Shown piece after piece: positions 1 through 9,424 of a stretch of DNA of 64,000 nt (positions within the stretch are counted from its first letter, which is position 1; every line of letters starts with the position of its first letter). The translations under genes were made by a program, and so were the position numbers. The notes beneath the pieces were generated by a model. That model was not told the DNA's origin. It ran no database searches and worked only from the letters and a program-made list of their open reading frames with translations. Origin of the DNA: Kiritimatiellia bacterium (GTDB lineage Bacteria; Verrucomicrobiota; Kiritimatiellia; CAIKKV01); contig JBIIYJ010000001.1 of the NCBI GenBank assembly GCA_044346855.1, positions 17,056-81,055 on the forward strand, read 5' to 3'.

Positions 1-2
1 AC

Positions 3-113
3 GAGCAGACGGGCGACAAGGCCAAGGCGCTCGAGCAGTACAAGATCATCTACCAGGTCGATTTCGGCTACAAGGACGTGGCCCAGAAGATCGAGCAGGG
101 CTACGCCTCATGA
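3..113 (+). CDS. 3' end of an upstream gene (partial, unknown product)
   Basis: Open frame from window edge reading ...EQTGDKAKALEQYKIIYQVDFGYKDVAQKIEQGYAS*. Its stop TGA (111-113) overlaps the ATG (110-112) of the next gene in the ATGA coupling arrangement. Confidence 0.4.
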   Translation, partial: EQTGDKAKALEQYKIIYQVDFGYKDVAQKIEQGYAS

Positions 114-1363
114 AGCCAGTCACTCTCCTGATCGTGGGCGCCGGCGGCCGCGGAACCGGTTACGCCACCTTCGCCAAGGCCCATCCCGACCAGGCGCAGA
201 TCGTCGGCGTGGCCGAACCCCGGGACTTCTACCGCACCAACCTCGTGCGCGACTACGCGATCCCGGAAGGCAACATCTACACCGACTGGCGGCAGGCCGC
301 CTCCCGCCCCCGGTTCGCCGACGCCGTCCTGATCTGCACGCAGGACGCCATGCACGTGGAGCCCGCCGTGGCCTTCGCCAGGCTGGGCTACCACATCCTG
401 CTCGAGAAGCCGATGGCCCCCGACGCCGCCGGCTGCCGCGCCATCGTCGAGGCCGTCCGCAAGGCCGGCGTCCTGTTCGCCGTCTGCCACGTCATGCGCT
501 ACACGGCCTACACCCGCAAGCTGCGCGAGCTGCTGGATCAGAAAATCATCGGCGACCTGGTCAGCCTCCAGCTCCTCGAGCCCGTCGGCTACTGGCACCA
601 GGCCCACTCGTTCGTGCGCGGCCCGTGGCGCAACACGGCCCAGTCCTCTCCCATGTTGCTGGCCAAGTCGTGCCACGACCTCGACTGGATCAGCCACATC
701 ATGGGCCTGCCGTGCGAGGAAGTCTCGTCGTTCGGCTCCCTGCACCACTTCCGCGCCTCCCAGAAGCCGGCCGGGGCGGCCGACCGCTGCCTGGACTGCC
801 CCGTGGAGCCCGGCTGCCCCTACTCCGCCCGGCGCATCTACATGAGCCGCTTCGCCAAGGGCAACCTGAACTGGCCGGTCAACGTGGTGGACCCCGTGCC
901 GACAGAGGCCGGCATCCTCGAGGCTCTCCGGACCGGCCCCTACGGCCGCTGCGTCTACGCCTGCGACAACGACGTGGTGGACCACCAGGTCGTGAACTTC
1001 AAGTTCCAGGGCGGCCGCTCCGGCGTCTTCACCATGACGGCGTTCACCGAGATGCGCCACCGGCAGGTGCGCCTCTTCGGCACGCGGGGCGAGATCACCG
1101 GCGACGGCGAAAAGATCCGGATCTACGATTTCCTGACCGAGACGGACTCCGTGGTCGACACGGTCGCCGGCGACGCCTCGATCCTGGGCGGTCATGGCGG
1201 CGGCGACTTCGGCCTCATGGACTGCTTCGTCGGGGCCGTGGCTAAAAAAGATCCCTCGCTCATCCTCTCGGGGCCGGAGAAGTCGCTCGAGTCGCACCTC
1301 ATGGTCTTCGCCTCCGAAAAGGCCCGGCTTGAAAACCGGATCGTGCCCGTGCAAAGCGTCTAA
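110..1363 (+). CDS. Gfo/Idh/MocA family NAD(P)-dependent oxidoreductase
   Basis: 417 aa. N-terminal Rossmann motif LLIVGAGGRG and the HILLEKPMA motif typical of Gfo/Idh/MocA. The antisense 423-aa ORF is R/G/A-rich garbage. Confidence 0.9.
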   Translation: MKPVTLLIVGAGGRGTGYATFAKAHPDQAQIVGVAEPRDFYRTNLVRDYAIPEGNIYTDWRQAASRPRFADAVLICTQDAMHVEPAVAFARLGYHILLEKPMAPDAAGCRAIVEAVRKAGVLFAVCHVMRYTAYTRKLRELLDQKIIGDLVSLQLLEPVGYWHQAHSFVRGPWRNTAQSSPMLLAKSCHDLDWISHIMGLPCEEVSSFGSLHHFRASQKPAGAADRCLDCPVEPGCPYSARRIYMSRFAKGNLNWPVNVVDPVPTEAGILEALRTGPYGRCVYACDNDVVDHQVVNFKFQGGRSGVFTMTAFTEMRHRQVRLFGTRGEITGDGEKIRIYDFLTETDSVVDTVAGDASILGGHGGGDFGLMDCFVGAVAKKDPSLILSGPEKSLESHLMVFASEKARLENRIVPVQSV

Positions 1364-1383
1364 CCCCAACATCGGGAGCCCCG

Positions 1384-2568
1384 ATGCCGCTGGACCCCAT
1401 CGACCTGCTGTCCGAATTGGTCGCCTGCCCCAGTTCCAACCCGCGGCGGGCGCCCCTCTCGCCCGAGTATCCCGGCGAGGCCGGCCTGGTCCGCCTCCTG
1501 GAGCGGATCCTGACCCGCCTGGGCGGCCGGGTCGTGATCGAGGAGGTGCTGCCCGGCCGGAGCAATTTGCTGGCCTGGTTTCCAGGCCAGGCCCGCCTTC
1601 CCGCCCTGATGCTGTCCGGCCATTCGGACACCGTGCCGCAGGATGGCATGACCATTCCGCCCTTCACCCCGGTCATCCGCGACGGCCGCCTCTACGGCCG
1701 GGGGGCGTGCGACATGAAAGGCGGCATGGCCGCCCTGATCGCCGCCCTGTCGCGCTGGACGGAGTCGGGCCGGCCCTTTCCGGTGCCGGTGTGCTTCGCC
1801 GCCACCTGCAACGAGGAATTCGGGGCGCACGGCTCCAAGGCGCTGCTTGCCGCCCATCCGGGCGAATTCGCCGCCGCCATCGTGGCCGAGCCGACCAACC
1901 TGGACATCGTCCACGTGCACAAGGGCGCGCTGCGCTTTTCGATCGAAGCCGCCGGCCTGCCGGCCCACTCCTCGGTGCCCGAGCGCGGCGCCAGCGCCGT
2001 GCTGGCCATGACCGGCGTGATCCGCCGGATCGAGGGCCCCTACCGCGCGGAACTGGCCCGCCGCACCCATCCGCTGGTGGACGCGCCGCGGGTTTCCGTG
2101 GGGCTCATCCATGGCGGAACGCAGGTCAACATCGTGCCCGACCGCTGCGAGATCGAGGTGGACCGCCGCACCATCCCCGGGGAAACCGAGGCCGGCGTGC
2201 GGGCGGAGTTCGAGGCGATCCTGGAGGCGGTCCGCGCCGAATCGGATCCACGCGTCACGTTCACCTGCCGGCCCACGGAGGAATACCCGCCGCTGCAGGA
2301 GCCAGTGGACGGCCCGGTCGCCCGCCTGGCCGCGGAGGCCTGCCGGCGCGTCCTGGGCAAGGCCGTCTTCGCGCCGGCGCCCTACGCCACGGATGCGGGC
2401 GTCTTCAGCAGCCGGGGGCTCCCCTCGCTGGTCATGGGGCCGGGCTCGGTGGCCCAGGCGCACACGCAGGACGAGTATGTCGAGCTGGCTGCGGTCCGCC
2501 AGGCCGCGGATGTGTATGAAACCCTGATCGGCCTCTCGGGCCGGTTTTTATCGGCGGAGGCGCCATGA
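1384..2568 (+). CDS. M20 family metallopeptidase (ArgE/DapE-like deacylase)
   Basis: 394 aa with HSDTVP and GACDMKGG metal-binding motifs. SD GGGAG upstream. Confidence 0.85.
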   Translation: MPLDPIDLLSELVACPSSNPRRAPLSPEYPGEAGLVRLLERILTRLGGRVVIEEVLPGRSNLLAWFPGQARLPALMLSGHSDTVPQDGMTIPPFTPVIRDGRLYGRGACDMKGGMAALIAALSRWTESGRPFPVPVCFAATCNEEFGAHGSKALLAAHPGEFAAAIVAEPTNLDIVHVHKGALRFSIEAAGLPAHSSVPERGASAVLAMTGVIRRIEGPYRAELARRTHPLVDAPRVSVGLIHGGTQVNIVPDRCEIEVDRRTIPGETEAGVRAEFEAILEAVRAESDPRVTFTCRPTEEYPPLQEPVDGPVARLAAEACRRVLGKAVFAPAPYATDAGVFSSRGLPSLVMGPGSVAQAHTQDEYVELAAVRQAADVYETLIGLSGRFLSAEAP

Positions 2569-3116
2569 TCGATTCCATCGTCGGCAATCTCTCGCTCTCC
2601 AAGAACGGCTTCATCCTGCTGCTCCGCCCGCGGCAGGAAACCACGGGCCGGATGCTGCCCATCCTCATCGGCGTGGCGGAAGCGCAGTCCATCGCCCTGG
2701 CGCTGGCCCGCAAGCACACGCCCAGGCCCATGACCCACGACCTGATGAAGGGGCTGCTCGACACCCTCGGCGTCTCGCTGAAGCGGGTCGAAATCATCCG
2801 CTTCGAAGGCAAGACCTTCTTCGCGCAGCTCCGCCTGAGCCGCGGCGGGGAGGAACTCGCCCCGGTCGACGCGCGGCCCAGCGACGCCATCGCCCTGGCC
2901 CTGCGCTGCAGCGCCCCGATCCGGGTGGCCGCCGAAATCTACGAAAAGGCCGGTATCGACCTGCCCGAGGAGGCCGCAACCGCCCCCGCTCTGCCCCATC
3001 CCGTGCTGGACCCGCGCCGGCAGCTCGAGGAGGAAATGAAAAAGGCGATCCAGGAAGAGCGGTACGAGGACGCCGCGCGCATCCGCGACCAGCTCAAGGA
3101 ACTGGATCACCATTAG
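2565..3116 (+). CDS. Bifunctional nuclease family protein (BFN/DUF151) with C-terminal UVR motif
   Basis: 183 aa. ATG overlaps the upstream stop (ATGA). C-terminus EEEMKKAIQEERYEDAARIRDQLKEL resembles a UvrB/C interaction motif. Confidence 0.8.
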   Translation: MIDSIVGNLSLSKNGFILLLRPRQETTGRMLPILIGVAEAQSIALALARKHTPRPMTHDLMKGLLDTLGVSLKRVEIIRFEGKTFFAQLRLSRGGEELAPVDARPSDAIALALRCSAPIRVAAEIYEKAGIDLPEEAATAPALPHPVLDPRRQLEEEMKKAIQEERYEDAARIRDQLKELDHH

Positions 3117-3137
3117 GGATTACGGCCAGGCGGCCTC

Positions 3138-3878
3138 TTACAGCTTGACGCTGATGCCGCCGATGAACAGGACGTCGTTCTTCTCCAGGTCCTCGCCCGG
3201 CTCGCTGTCATACTTGTCCTGCACCACCAGTTTCAGGCTCATCCGCGCGTTCAGGGCCGCTTCGGCGCCCGCTTCCGCGTTGACCAGGTAATTGCCGAAA
3301 TCCGCCGCTTCGGGCAGGTACTCAGCCGCCAGCCAGCACTTCGCGGATTCGGCGAACACGTGCTCATACCGCGAGGCGAGGCGCAGGGCCAGGTAATCGT
3401 CCTTCACGCCGGCGACCTTCTCCCAGATATAGGAAGGACCGGCTTCCACGCTGGCGGTGTCCGTGGCGGACTTGACCAGGTAGCAACCGGCGCCGGGGCC
3501 GACGGTCAGGCGGTAATCGATCTCGGCGATGTCGTCGTAAAGGATCGAGGATTCCCCGTAGGCGAACGCCTTGGGGGTGAGGGTCTTCTTCGCGTTGATG
3601 AACGCCTTGGCGTTCTCCACGTCCGTCTGCCGTTCGCCGTCCACCTCGCTCTCGCCGTAGTTGCCCTGGATCCCGGCGAGGATCGAGCCGAGGCTTTCCC
3701 GCTCGGCCTGGAGGTTCAGGCTGCCGTTGGCCTTGGTGGAATCGCTGTTGCCGTCGGTCAGCGTTGCGCCCAAATCGAGGCTCATTTTCAGCGGGGACGC
3801 CGGCGCGGTCTCCTGCGCCAGAACAAGCCCGCCCGCCATGCAGAACGCCGCAACCCCCAGAGTCCGGATCAATGTCAT
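3138..3878 (-). CDS. DUF481-family outer-membrane beta-barrel protein (signal peptide)
   Basis: 246 aa. N-terminal signal peptide MTLIRTLGVAAFCMAGGLVLAQE, alternating beta-strand pattern, and a C-terminal aromatic-rich end typical of the YdiY/DUF481 family. Confidence 0.7.
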   Translation of the reverse strand: MTLIRTLGVAAFCMAGGLVLAQETAPASPLKMSLDLGATLTDGNSDSTKANGSLNLQAERESLGSILAGIQGNYGESEVDGERQTDVENAKAFINAKKTLTPKAFAYGESSILYDDIAEIDYRLTVGPGAGCYLVKSATDTASVEAGPSYIWEKVAGVKDDYLALRLASRYEHVFAESAKCWLAAEYLPEAADFGNYLVNAEAGAEAALNARMSLKLVVQDKYDSEPGEDLEKNDVLFIGGISVKL

Positions 3879-4031
3879 ATCGCCCCCTTTTTCTTATGTT
3901 TATACCACAGCAAGAAGCGGCGCAAGATGAAAAATCCGAGAGAACCCCTTTTCGCGATTCCCCGCTTCAATGGCTTGCCTATGCTTTCCGGGTGTGGTAA
4001 CGTGACACCCTTACTAGTAGGGGACCGTTTC

Positions 4032-4394
4032 ATGAAAATCCCGCTGCACGGAATGAGCCATCACGCGGATGGTCAGCCGGAGACCAAGTTTTCCGAGGCT
4101 GAAATCCAGGCGTGCAAGCTTGGCGACTGGGAGGCCAAGCACCGGATGGTGCGCACCTTCACGCCGCTCCTGAACACCCTGGCGCGCAAGCGGGCTCCCG
4201 ATGGCCGGCCCGAGAAGATCAACGCCCTGCTCGAGGCGGGAAAAGCCGGGCTCATGCGGGCCTGCCGCAAGTATTCGTCCGAGGTAGGCCCGGCCAAGTT
4301 CCAGATCTTCGCGCTCAACTTCATCGAGGAATCGATGGATTCCATCGGCATCGGCTTTCTCGCCCGGTTGAAGCGGCTTTTCGGGGCCGGTTGA
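4032..4394 (+). CDS. Small sigma-70 region 1.2/2-like protein (120 aa) lacking regions 3 and 4
   Basis: AKHRMVRTFTPLLNTLARKRA...LLEAGKAGLMRACRKYSSEVGPAKFQIFALNFIEESMDSI aligns with RpoD AKRRMVEANLRLV...LIQEGNIGLMKAVDKF..KFSTYATWWIRQAI. SD GGGGA is 7 nt upstream. An alternative earlier start (MKNP, about 3927) is possible. Confidence 0.55.
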   Translation: MKIPLHGMSHHADGQPETKFSEAEIQACKLGDWEAKHRMVRTFTPLLNTLARKRAPDGRPEKINALLEAGKAGLMRACRKYSSEVGPAKFQIFALNFIEESMDSIGIGFLARLKRLFGAG

Positions 4395-4401
4395 CCGGAC
4401 C

Positions 4402-4980
4402 GTGATTTTCACCCCCGCCAGCCTGCCCTCCCCGCTCTCCCTCGACGCCCTGTTCGACCGCTCCGCCCCCGTGGAGGTGGACCTCGGCTGCGGAAAAGGC
4501 CGCTTCCTGCTGGCGCACGCCGCCGCCCACCCCGACATCAATTTCATGGGCACGGACATCCAGGTCGGCCGGCTGCAGAAGATCCGGCGGCGCGCCGAAG
4601 CCGCGGCCCGCCCCAACATCCGCCTCCTCCACGCCGACACCGCCTACACGCTGGAATACCTGCTTCCCCGGGAGTCGGTCCGCCGGTTCTACCTCTACTT
4701 TCCCGACCCCTGGCCCAAGCGGAAGCACCACCGCCGCCGGATCGTCCAGCCCTCGTTCATGGCCCTCGTGCACCGGACGCTGGAGGACCGCGGGGAATTC
4801 CACATCGCCACCGACCACGAGGATTATTTCCGGCACATCCACGCCGTCGTGCAGCCGGATTCGCGCTTCGAGCGGATCGACCCCTTTGAGCCGGCGGAGC
4901 AGGAAAAAACCGACTTCGAGATCCTGTTCACCGGCAAGGGCCTGAAGGTCTATCGCTATTCGTGCCGGAAAAAACGTTAG
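4402..4980 (+). CDS. trmB: tRNA (guanine46-N7)-methyltransferase
   Basis: 192 aa. SAM motif VDLGCGKG and FPDPWPKRKHHRRR, diagnostic for TrmB. Confidence 0.9.
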   Translation: MIFTPASLPSPLSLDALFDRSAPVEVDLGCGKGRFLLAHAAAHPDINFMGTDIQVGRLQKIRRRAEAAARPNIRLLHADTAYTLEYLLPRESVRRFYLYFPDPWPKRKHHRRRIVQPSFMALVHRTLEDRGEFHIATDHEDYFRHIHAVVQPDSRFERIDPFEPAEQEKTDFEILFTGKGLKVYRYSCRKKR

Positions 4981-6068
4981 CCCGGCGGCTCCGGCTTCGG
5001 CCCCGTCGGAAGCTGGTTTTGCGCGGCGCGCTTCGCCGTCATCCACTGCCGCAGCAGCACGCCCCCGACGACGAGGAAGATGGGTCCCAGGAAAATGCCC
5101 ATAAACCCGAATGCCAGGATGCCGCCCATGACGCCCAGCAGGATGACCACCAGGGGCAGGTTCGCCCCCCGGCTGATCAGGTAGGGGCGGAGCAGGTTGT
5201 CGATCCCGCTGATGGCCACGACGCCCCAGCAGCCCATGAAAATGGCATGCCCAGGCTGGCCAGAAAACAGGAGCCACAGGGTCGAGGGAATCCAGATCAG
5301 GGGCGGCCCGACCTGGACGATCGACAGGCAGAAGGTCAGGAACCCCAGCAGGAAGGGCGAGGGCAGCCCCGCGATCCGGTAGCCGACCGCCGCCAGGACA
5401 CCCTGGGCAAGAGCCGTGCCGAGGATGCCGTAGAAGACGCCCTTGACGGTACCTCCGATGGCCTGGGTCACATGGATGGCCTGCTCGCCGAGGAGCCGCT
5501 TCATCGCGCCCGAAATCCAAATGGCCATGGCGGAGCCGTCCCGGTAAAAGAAAAAGGCGATCAGGACGCTGAGGGACAACTGCAGCACACCGAGCCCCAG
5601 CTTCAACCCGCTTCGCAGCAGGAGCCCCTCGTACCGGATAAACAGCTCCTTGATGAGCTCCAGGGCGCTGCCCGTGCTGCCGGAAAACTCCAGCCAGTGC
5701 TCCATCAGGGTGCCGCCGACCAGGGGAATGGAGGCGACCCACTCCGGCGCGGGCGGAAGCGCGGTATCCCCCAGGCGCTTCAGGAACCGGCTGATTTCCG
5801 AAAGGTTGTCCGCCAGGGTCAGTCCCACGATGGCGAACGGAATCACCATCACGAACCCCACAATCAGCGTCATGATCAAGGCGGCGATGGTCCGCCGTTC
5901 CCCCACCCATTTCCGGATCCGGGCGAAAAACGGCCAGGTCGAGAAGCAGATGATGCCGGCCCACAGGAGCGAGGAGATGAACGGGCGGATGACGATGAAG
6001 CAGCCAAGCGCCAGCAGCGCCACGGCGATCACCACGATCAGCTGGTCGATTCGGAATTCCGCTTTCAT
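4977..6068 (-). CDS. AI-2E family transporter (PerM/YhhT-like, UPF0118)
   Basis: About 363 aa multi-TM protein. Start chosen at MKAEF (CAT 6066-6068), giving an ATGA overlap with the dnaG stop. An upstream in-frame extension would overlap dnaG. Confidence 0.85.
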   Translation of the reverse strand: MKAEFRIDQLIVVIAVALLALGCFIVIRPFISSLLWAGIICFSTWPFFARIRKWVGERRTIAALIMTLIVGFVMVIPFAIVGLTLADNLSEISRFLKRLGDTALPPAPEWVASIPLVGGTLMEHWLEFSGSTGSALELIKELFIRYEGLLLRSGLKLGLGVLQLSLSVLIAFFFYRDGSAMAIWISGAMKRLLGEQAIHVTQAIGGTVKGVFYGILGTALAQGVLAAVGYRIAGLPSPFLLGFLTFCLSIVQVGPPLIWIPSTLWLLFSGQPGHAIFMGCWGVVAISGIDNLLRPYLISRGANLPLVVILLGVMGGILAFGFMGIFLGPIFLVVGGVLLRQWMTAKRAAQNQLPTGPKPEPPG

Positions 6069-7915
6069 TGCGCCAATTCCTCCAGGTGCGCCTCGATGAT
6101 GGCGAGCCCCTCGTCCCACTGGTTCAGGGCCTTGATATCGCCCGTGAGCTGGTAGAAGCGCGGATCCACATCCCCGCCCGAGGCCGCCTGCCGCTGAAGG
6201 TCCGTCTTGCGCGCCTTGAGGTGGCGAACCCACAACCGCAGGATCAGTGCCTTGACGGCGTCCTCCCGAGAGAACTCCTGCCGGCCGGCCTTGGACGGCG
6301 CCATCTGCACGGCGGCGGCCCAGGTCATCACGCCCTCATGACGGCCGGTGTTGGCCGTCAGCACGTCCCGCCAGTCGCCGGCGTTCCGGCGCGCCTCCGT
6401 CATGGCGGCCAGCATTTGCCGGCTCCAGTCGTGATGGAAGAGCACGGGGGGCGCATAGGCTTCGGCCAGATGGATCAGGCCGGGGTCGGCCGCGAGGTGC
6501 TCGAGGAGCAGTTCCTCCTCGGGGGGCGGAGGCTTGATGGCGGCCTGCTCCGGCTCCTTCGGGAGCGGCTCCTCGGGCCGGCTCTGCCGGGCGCGCTCGC
6601 GGGCGTCGAAATTGTCGAAATCCCGCTGCACCGCCTGGGGGTTCACGGCCAGCCGCTGCGCCAGCCGCTGGAGCAGCGACTCCCGTTCGGCCAGGTCGGG
6701 CATGCGCTTGATCAGCTCGAAGGCGGCCATTTCGACCCGCCTGAGCCCGGAGGGGTTGCGCACGTCTTCGCGGGCGCTGTGCACCTCCACGTAGAAATCG
6801 AGCACCTGGCGGGCCTCGGCCAGGACCGCCTCGAAGCCCTCCTTGCCCTTTTCCTTGATCAGCAGGTCGGGGTCCTTCCCCTCCGGCAGCCGGGCCACGC
6901 GCACGTCGAGGCCCGCCTCGGTGAACAGCAGGCCCGTCTTGAGCCCGGCGTTCTGGCCGGCCGCATCGGGATCGAACACCAGGATGACCCGGTCCGCGAA
7001 GCGGCGGATGATGCGCGCGTGGTTTTCCGTGAACGCGGTGCCCTGCGAGGCCACGGCGTTCGTGAACCCGGCCGAGTGGCAGCGGATCACGTCGATCTGA
7101 CCCTCGCACACGATGGCGGTGCGGACCTCGACGATGCGGGCCCGCGCGCGGTGCAGGGCAAAGAGGATGGCGCTCTTGCGGAAGATGGGCGTCTCGGGGC
7201 TGTTCACGTATTTCGCGGCCTTCGCGTCGGGCTTCATGATCCGCCCGCTGAAGGCCACGACCCGCCCCTGCTCGTCGCAGATCGGGAACATCACCCGGTC
7301 CCGGAACCGGTCGTACATCCGCTCGGGCATGCCGGGCCTGGGCTCCGCCCGGGCCGTCAGCCCCGCCAGCAGGAGCAGTTCCTCGGCAACCCCCGCCTTC
7401 TTCGCCCAGCCCGTGACGAAGTCCCAGCCGTCCGGCGCGTACCCGATCTGGAAATCCTTGACGGTCTCGCCAACCAGCTCCCGGCCGGCGAGATAGCGCC
7501 GCGCGGCGTCGGCCCGCGGATCGGAAAGAAGGATCCGGTGGTATTCCTTGGCCAGTTCGGCATGAATCGCGTAGAGCTTCTCGCGCTGGGCCCGCTCGGC
7601 GCCGCCCCCGGGGCCGTCCTCGAACTCGAGGGGGATGTTGGCCTTCTGCGCGAGCTGCCGGACCGCGCCCATGAAGTCGAGCCCCTCGCGCTTCATCAGG
7701 AAGGCGAACACGTCGCCGCCGGCCCCGCAGCCGAAGCAATGGAAAATCTGGCGCGCGGGGTTAACCTGGAACGAAGGCGTTTTCTCCTGGTGGAACGGGC
7801 AGAGCCCTTTGAAAGCGGAGCCGGCCTTGGTCAGCCGGACCACGGCGCCCACCACATCCACGATATCGTTCCGGCTTCGGATATCGTCGAGAATCCGCTT
7901 GGGGAGCACGGGCAT
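6065..7915 (-). CDS. dnaG: DNA primase
   Basis: 616 aa. Zinc-ribbon CPFHQEKTPSF...FHCFGCGAGGDVFAFLM and TOPRIM region EGQIDV. Confidence 0.95.
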   Translation of the reverse strand: MPVLPKRILDDIRSRNDIVDVVGAVVRLTKAGSAFKGLCPFHQEKTPSFQVNPARQIFHCFGCGAGGDVFAFLMKREGLDFMGAVRQLAQKANIPLEFEDGPGGGAERAQREKLYAIHAELAKEYHRILLSDPRADAARRYLAGRELVGETVKDFQIGYAPDGWDFVTGWAKKAGVAEELLLLAGLTARAEPRPGMPERMYDRFRDRVMFPICDEQGRVVAFSGRIMKPDAKAAKYVNSPETPIFRKSAILFALHRARARIVEVRTAIVCEGQIDVIRCHSAGFTNAVASQGTAFTENHARIIRRFADRVILVFDPDAAGQNAGLKTGLLFTEAGLDVRVARLPEGKDPDLLIKEKGKEGFEAVLAEARQVLDFYVEVHSAREDVRNPSGLRRVEMAAFELIKRMPDLAERESLLQRLAQRLAVNPQAVQRDFDNFDARERARQSRPEEPLPKEPEQAAIKPPPPEEELLLEHLAADPGLIHLAEAYAPPVLFHHDWSRQMLAAMTEARRNAGDWRDVLTANTGRHEGVMTWAAAVQMAPSKAGRQEFSREDAVKALILRLWVRHLKARKTDLQRQAASGGDVDPRFYQLTGDIKALNQWDEGLAIIEAHLEELAQ

Positions 7916-7931
7916 GTCGGCGGTCTCTCAG

Positions 7932-9422
7932 TCAGGGGTTGGCAGCCAGCCAGGCGCTGGTCTCGGAGGCAAAGACGCCCTTGGGCGCCAGTTGCAGGTA
8001 GTGTCCGTACCAGTTGCGCACCTGCGTTTTGTGGCTGGGCATCTGGCGGTAGTAGCGGCCGAGCTCGTAATACGCGTCGGCGTAGGAGGGTTCCGTTTTC
8101 AGGATCTCGTTGAGATGCTCGACGGCCTTGATGCCCAGCTGCTGCTGGAGGTAGACCCGCGCCAGCATGCAGCGGGCGTCGGCCCATTCGGGCTTGCGGG
8201 CCAGGGCCGTCTGGAAAAGGGGGCGGGCATGCTCGTAGTCCCGGCGGTTCCAGTAGACAAGCCCCAGGTTGAAATAGCCTTCGGGCATGGAATCGTCCAG
8301 CTCGACCGACCGCTTGAATTCGAACAAGGCGCGGTCAAAGTCGCGCTTCTGGAAAAAAAGCGACCCGCGCTGGATGGAGATCGCCGCCTCCCGGGGGTTG
8401 CGAAGCTCGGCCTTGTGGAACACCAGCTCGCCCTGGGACAGCAGGCCGGGCGGCGGGGCCGACGGGGTGACCGGATGCGTCTTCCGCCCCGCCAGGAAAT
8501 TGACGCGCAGGCGGGCTTCGGCGGCGCGGGGATCCTCGGCGAACCCGTGCAGGAAGTCGCGGTAGGCCTCCTCGGCGCGCTCGTCCTGCCCCGGCTTCCC
8601 GTCGTACAGCTTCGCCAGGATCCAGAGCGGCTCGGGCGAGGCCGGCGCGGCCTCGGCCGCCTCGCGGAGGCGGACGGCGGCCTCGTCGTAATCCCGGCGG
8701 TTGATGGCGGCCCGGGCCAGCCGCATCAGTCCGTCGATCCGCACCTCGGCCCGCGGGGCGGGCCGGCTCGGGCGGGCGGCGGGGGCCGGCCCCAGCGCGT
8801 TGAGGGCGCGGCTCGCGGACTCGGCCTTGTCGCCGTCCGGCGCCACTTCCAGATAGCGCAGGAGGAGCTGGCGGGCCTCGTCGGGCCGGCTCAGGGAATC
8901 GCGGGACAGGAGGGCGGCGTTGTACAGCGCCGGGGGGTAGCGCGGGCTGAGCTTGAGCGCCGACTGGAACTGGGCCTGGGCGGCGGGGATGTTGCCGCGG
9001 CGGACCGAGATCACGCCCATGGCGTTCATGATGCGGGGAGAATCGGGCAGGCGGCGGAACGCTTCGTTCAGGCGCTTGGCCGCCTCCCCGAATTCCTCCT
9101 GCTCCGCGAGGATCACGCTCGCGTATTCGAGGGGAATGGGGTTGACCGGATCCAGCCGGGCAGCCTCGATGAAATGCGTCAGCGCGGCATCCAGCTTTCC
9201 GGCTTTCCAGAGGGCCGTCCCGCACCACAGCCAGACCTCGGCATGGTTCGGGTCCAGGCGGCTGGCCCTCTCCAGTGCGCGGGCCGCGGTGCGGTATTCG
9301 CCGCCGGCGAAGGCCTGCCGCCCCTTCTCAAGAAGCACGTCCGGATCCCTCGAGCCGCAGCCCGCCGCCAGGAGGGCCAGCAGCAGCAGTCCGCCCCGAG
9401 TATGTTTGCGATGCATCGTCAT
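7932..9422 (-). CDS. TPR-repeat lipoprotein
   Basis: About 496 aa. Lipobox LLAAGC after a signal peptide, followed by multiple TPR-like repeats. ATG at 9420-9422 has SD GGAAGGG; the track ORF begins at an upstream GTG. Confidence 0.8.
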   Translation of the reverse strand: MTMHRKHTRGGLLLLALLAAGCGSRDPDVLLEKGRQAFAGGEYRTAARALERASRLDPNHAEVWLWCGTALWKAGKLDAALTHFIEAARLDPVNPIPLEYASVILAEQEEFGEAAKRLNEAFRRLPDSPRIMNAMGVISVRRGNIPAAQAQFQSALKLSPRYPPALYNAALLSRDSLSRPDEARQLLLRYLEVAPDGDKAESASRALNALGPAPAARPSRPAPRAEVRIDGLMRLARAAINRRDYDEAAVRLREAAEAAPASPEPLWILAKLYDGKPGQDERAEEAYRDFLHGFAEDPRAAEARLRVNFLAGRKTHPVTPSAPPPGLLSQGELVFHKAELRNPREAAISIQRGSLFFQKRDFDRALFEFKRSVELDDSMPEGYFNLGLVYWNRRDYEHARPLFQTALARKPEWADARCMLARVYLQQQLGIKAVEHLNEILKTEPSYADAYYELGRYYRQMPSHKTQVRNWYGHYLQLAPKGVFASETSAWLAANP

Positions 9423-9424
9423 GC

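Noticed and set aside
101-1372. 423-aa minus-strand ORF antisense to the first oxidoreductase, plus a 206-aa internal plus-strand ORF at 625-1245
   Set aside because: Both have an extreme G/A/R/P composition typical of out-of-frame or antisense translation in high-GC DNA. The sense ORF has clear Gfo/Idh/MocA motifs.
3879-4031. Searched the larger intergenic regions (3879-4031, 10221-10511, 18445-18646, 34120-34440, 34786-35051) for tRNA or other structured RNA genes
   Set aside because: No cloverleaf-compatible segments of about 72-90 nt with T-loop GTTC or acceptor-stem features were recognisable by eye. A tRNAscan/Infernal run would be needed to be certain.
4032-4394. Interpreting the sigma region-2 mini-gene as a 5' fragment of a frameshifted full-length rpoD
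   Set aside because: trmB starts 8 nt after its stop with a clean SAM-MTase N-terminus. No region 3 or 4 coding potential is visible in other frames downstream. It is kept as a stand-alone gene, but with moderate confidence.
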